Shown here: positions 58,850 to 64,000 of the stretch, piece after piece
How positions within the stretch are numbered: the first letter of the stretch is position 1
How the letters are laid out: each line of letters begins with the position of its first letter
Source of the DNA: Vicugna vicugna
Taxonomy: Eukaryota
Length of the DNA: 64,000 nt
Assembly: GCA_013265495.1 (NCBI GenBank)
Contig: MU058423.1
Coordinates: forward strand, 9,223,627-9,287,626
Direction: 5' to 3'
Notes under the pieces: generated by a model
The model's database searches: none
What the model was told of the DNA's origin: nothing
What the model saw: only the letters and a program-made list of their open reading frames with translations
Made by a program: the position numbers and the translations under genes

Positions 58850-58951
58850 CTGATGAGGCACCAATTCATCATAGCCTTTAGTGCTTCCACTAGCACAACT
58901 TGCCATGGAAACAATTGCGGAACTTGGGAGAGCATCGTACGCTGACCTGTG
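58850..58951 (-). CDS. AGL: AGL exon 15 eq., 102 bp
   Basis: [38 protein letters not shown]. Confidence 0.96.
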
Positions 58952-59180
58952 CTAGAAAACAATTTAAAAAAAAGTTTATTTTCTTTCAAGTGCAAAGTGC
59001 CATCCTATAGCACAACTGCGTAAAAGGATAATTACATAAATTCATTCTGTAAGATACAGTCATTTACTTTAAAACTAATGACAAAACATTCTAAAAACTC
59101 TGTTTTCACAATCATTTATAAATCTAAGGCATTATTTTGAAGTATTGTGGATATTACTGCACCTAAACATCAGAGAGCTA

Positions 59181-59408
<228 letters not shown>

Positions 59409-59947
59409 TTACAGAACATTCTAACAATTTTCATTATGAATGTCCAAGAAGAGGTTAGATTTCTTATCATGACTGACTTTCAAGGAAAGACAACACAAAT
59501 ATTACCAAAAATAAAACTGCTTTAAACATTTAAACAAATGTCCATTAGTTCAGGTGACAAAAAGTCTTCTCTATAACTTAACCAGAGAAATGGCTCATGC
59601 AGGTAAAAGGGAACATATGCTGTTTCTTAGGATGTTTGTTATATAAAATCTATGGAGAAAAATCTAAAAATTGTATCATATATACAGGTAGGAGATGAAA
59701 ACAGATTTGTATATTTTCAACAACAAAAAAAATGATTTTATAGGTGAATCATTCCATGGTCTTTCAGGTTAAAATGAGGTATTTTAATTCAAAGTGGAAA
59801 TTTTTACTGATAAAAACAGACTGAGTTATATTAGGAAATTTTGAGTAGAATATTTAAAAGAACAGTTACTATGCTGAAAATTATTAAACATTGTATATAA
59901 GGCCATTAAATGCCCTTTAATCTCCTTAAACAAAAACTAAAGCTTTA

Positions 59948-60202
<255 letters not shown>

Positions 60203-60396
60203 TCATGTAGCGAGACAAAATGGAAATCCAAGAAGAATTTCCAGATAAATTTAATTGTGCATATGTAAGAAAACATAAAACAGACCAATACACACAGGAA
60301 ACAAGAAAATTTATAAAAGAGAATATAACAGTTTAAAAGGAAGATTAGATTTTGCAGAAACAGGGACACAAGAGGGAGAAAAAAAGGAAGAAAAAT

Positions 60397-60403
60397 GTTA
60401 GTG
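60397..60403 (-). promoter_or_regulatory. Candidate distant branch point CACTAAC (branch A ~298 nt upstream of the exon 13 acceptor)
   Basis: Near-consensus branch motif immediately followed by a strong polypyrimidine tract and an AG-depleted zone. Confidence 0.65.
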
Positions 60404-61751
60404 TCAAATTAAAAAATGTAAACCATAACACTGCAATTCTGCTAGACTTTTGCCCTGTTTTATGTGTTTTGTTTTTAATACCTCTTATCAGATAATATCT
60501 CTTATCATGTGTTTGTTTTTAATACCTCTTACTATTAATTTCCAAGCACTTGACTAAGCCATTCATGATAAATTCCCTGCTGGTGGTGAATCATTTAGTT
60601 ATTGCAAAGATAAGGTCTAACTAGACTGAAGCCAGTTTTTCCTACAGATGATAATAAACTCCTAATCTTAATCAGAAATCAGATTAGTTCCAAAATTTTT
60701 TTAAAGTATCATGTTTGCACAAAGGTTAATAAAATACTTGAAATTCTATCAAGTAGGCTCCTAGAGGATTTTGTAACTTAAAATTAAGCATATTAAGTTT
60801 TAATATTCTGTTTTGCCATGAAGTTATAAAAACCTTACAAGTGATTTTTTGTTTTTGCTGTTGCTAAAGGCACACACACACACACACACACCCCTCTGCC
60901 ATTTTTTTGAAGCTAAAAAATTTTCTACCACCTTAACTAATGTTTACTAAATTCTTCCAAATCAAATCAACTTTTCATTACAGGACTTGAAACATATACA
61001 TTATAATAATGCTTTAAAATGAAAGAAATAGATGTTTTTCAAATAAGTACACATTTCCAACAAATACTAAGTTGTCACTAGGAAGCCATCATAGATAAAC
61101 AGGATGAAAATTTTAAGTGTTTACAAAGCTATATTAGGTAGAAGATGTGATGAATGTTGGCATTACTTAAGTTACTGTAAACAACCCAAAGAGGAATAGA
61201 CAACCTTTATGTTTATACTTGCATTTTTATAAATAATTAACAAAAAATTGAATCAACAAAGCTAAAACTAGCTTCAGTATGCTGTAATACTAGTGTTCAA
61301 ATAATCATGATAATATGAAATAAGCTACTCAACTTCACAGTGGCTACTAATATATTGAAAGCAACCTAAAAATAGTAAGGATAAGCCAAATTAATATTTA
61401 TATATTATTAAAATATTAATAAGATTAGTTCTTTAAAAATATTAGTAACATTTTAATGATATATATGCAATATGGATGTATATGTATTATCAGAGACAGT
61501 ATGATCTACTTCCTTAAATTAAAATAAGAATATGAACTTGTTAAACAGTTTATAGCCCAGCATTCCATAACAACTGCATCAAAAGATTGTCAGAATTATG
61601 CAAATTATGCAAAAGTGTTAAATACTACCACCAAATCAATGCTGGTATCCAACTAGCAAAAGGAAATACAAATCTGTATATTCTATTTAAGGAAAGCTAG
61701 GAAAGAATACAGAATTTCTTCTCTTAATGTAGATAAACTGTTTTTCTGTAC

Positions 61752-61939
61752 CTCGGCTACATGAAGAGGTGTTGAGTGGCAGTTATCAAGACGTACTCCG
61801 TGGAAATAAGTCGCCGTTATTTCAGTGTATTTTTTCATGTGTGCCCAGAGATAAGGACAGTCCTCTGGTTTTTTCCCATAACGTAATTTAACACTGTCTC
61901 CCCAGCAAATAAGTTCTCTCCTCAGGTAAACGTTTGAAC
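61752..61939 (-). CDS. AGL: AGL exon 12 eq., 188 bp; contains transferase nucleophile motif [11 protein letters not shown]
   Basis: [66 protein letters not shown]. Confidence 0.97.
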
Positions 61940-62414
61940 CTGATAAGAAAGGATCTTGTTTTCAATGGTTCAAAAAATAAAATGAAAACATTCACTTTAA
62001 GGAGAAATTGTTTTTTAAAATCACAGTCACTATTTCTACCACAAAGCACGTATAAATTAAAATTATATCTAAAATGGTATGGGATAAAGTGTTTAAAAAC
62101 TGACAGTAATTTTTATCTCATATATATTTTGCTAACATTCTGGCTTATAGTCTCTTCTAAAAATGTGTGCTCAATGTCAAAAATTTGTTTTTTAAAGGAA
62201 AAAAGTAATAGTAATATCATAGACCTTTAAAGCTACAGTTTTACCCAAAATATTTCAAAGTTCCATCTCCGCCTTGCTACTTATTTTTGGCAATAAGTTA
62301 CTTTAAACCCATGGTGTAGAGCAGAATGGCTTTTTTCATTTAGAAAGGAGAGAGCAGAGATACTTAAACCCAAAGCTACATTCTTTTTTTTAAAGAGATT
62401 TTTGACTAAAATTT

Positions 62415-62580
62415 TTGTAGTTAATTTGCAATGTTGTGTTAGTTTCAGGTATACAGCACAGTGATTCAGTTTTATATATATATACACACACATATATACT
62501 TTTGCAGATTCTTTTCCATTATAGGTTATTACAAGATATTGAATATAATTCTTGGTGCCATACAACAGGTCCGTGTTTGT
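62415..62580 (-). mobile_element. L1 3'UTR fragment
   Basis: caatgttgtgttagtttcaggtatacagc...gattcttttccattataggttattacaagatattgaatata. Confidence 0.85.
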
Positions 62581-63063
62581 GAGCTAAGTTTAATATCATC
62601 AAAACAGACTTCTGATTCTGAAATGTGGAAAAAATAAATACACTGACAAGTCCCCTGCAAAATTCTTCCTGGCAATGAAATAGCTGTAGAAAAATAAGAT
62701 GCTAGGATTGAGAGGGAACCTAAAAACAATTGATCTCTAGTCTAACTACCATTCAAATACGTTAAATACCCCGTGGCTAATGAGTGAAATTGTCTCTCAT
62801 AGTAATATAGTTGTAATAACAGTGATTTCAAATGTCTTTTAAAAATGCAATAGAGTAAATTTTGCCCTAATAAAATCTTAGGTGAAACACAATATAAAGT
62901 AGATATATAAAAGCTATTCTGTTTGGGGAGATAAGGGGTCGAAAGTGAAAGGAGGGGAAAGAAGAAGGTGAATCCCATCCTGTCAATCCCTCCTCTTCTC
63001 TCTCAAACTGTCTGCACCTCTGGCATCTCTGTGATGAAATAGTTTAAAGACCAGGAGCCTGGA

Positions 63064-63472
<409 letters not shown>

Positions 63473-64000
63473 TTAAATATTAAATCCATACAGAGAAACT
63501 CCTTGGAGGGAATTTGAGTTAACACTATTAAAACTAAATTTCCTCCCTAATGAACTACATAAATAAAGTTAGTTTGACACCATTTATAGGAAATAATCTT
63601 CAATACAGGTAAAAGATCTTCAGTAGACTTTTTCAGTAAATCTAGTGGGATCTGAGAAGTTGAGTTAGTATTGTAGCATATTTGGTTAACATTTGAAATA
63701 ATAAAGACCTCATAGAATTACTAAGGAAATCACCGAGGTATTGATATTATTTTGCAAAGGTTTTTCTACATCTTAGTTGCCTAATCCATGATGGTGTATA
63801 TTAGTGATCATAAATTGGTTCATACTGATGGTAGTTTCTCTAACTAAAGATTTGCCTCACAAAATTAATTAATATTAAGCCTTAGTTACTAGACCAAAAC
63901 CTCTTTTTCAATTTAAGAAATGTACTGAATCATACATTAAAGGAAACATTTAGGTTAATTTGAAGGGTTTAATACAATTTTCAAATTTTAACTTCTAATG

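Noticed and set aside
60460..60532. ~25-bp direct repeat atgtgtttgtttttaatacctctta
   Set aside because: Small local slippage duplication with no evidence of function.

Overview
This is mammalian genomic DNA, most likely camelid, judging by tRNA-derived vic-1-like SINEs and camelid/cetartiodactyl-type L1 3' ends (recognised from memory). From about 21.7 kb to the window end, the minus strand carries the 3' part of AGL (glycogen debranching enzyme). I traced 24 coding exons by hand, equivalent to human exons 11-34 as I recall the numbering. They total 3316 nt, splice in frame to a TAA stop at 24091-24093, and are followed by a 3'UTR of about 2.4 kb. The first ~10.6 kb is a nest of degenerate ERV1/MER4-group proviral remnants with nested MaLR, ERVL and L1 insertions. 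Intergenic DNA follows, including a small CpG-rich CTCF-motif element. I see no convincing new biological system. The most notable signals are: (1) a ~330-nt AG-depleted zone with a distant CACTAAC branch point upstream of AGL exon 13; (2) a GC-AG intron; (3) a ~700-bp inverted duplication whose left copy sits at a broken ERV integrase, with the two copies flanking the CTCF site; (4) a young L1 stub placing a sense AATAAA just after exon 26; (5) an unidentified ~125-nt retroposed insert. Repeat family names are by eye and repeat boundaries are approximate unless TSDs are given.
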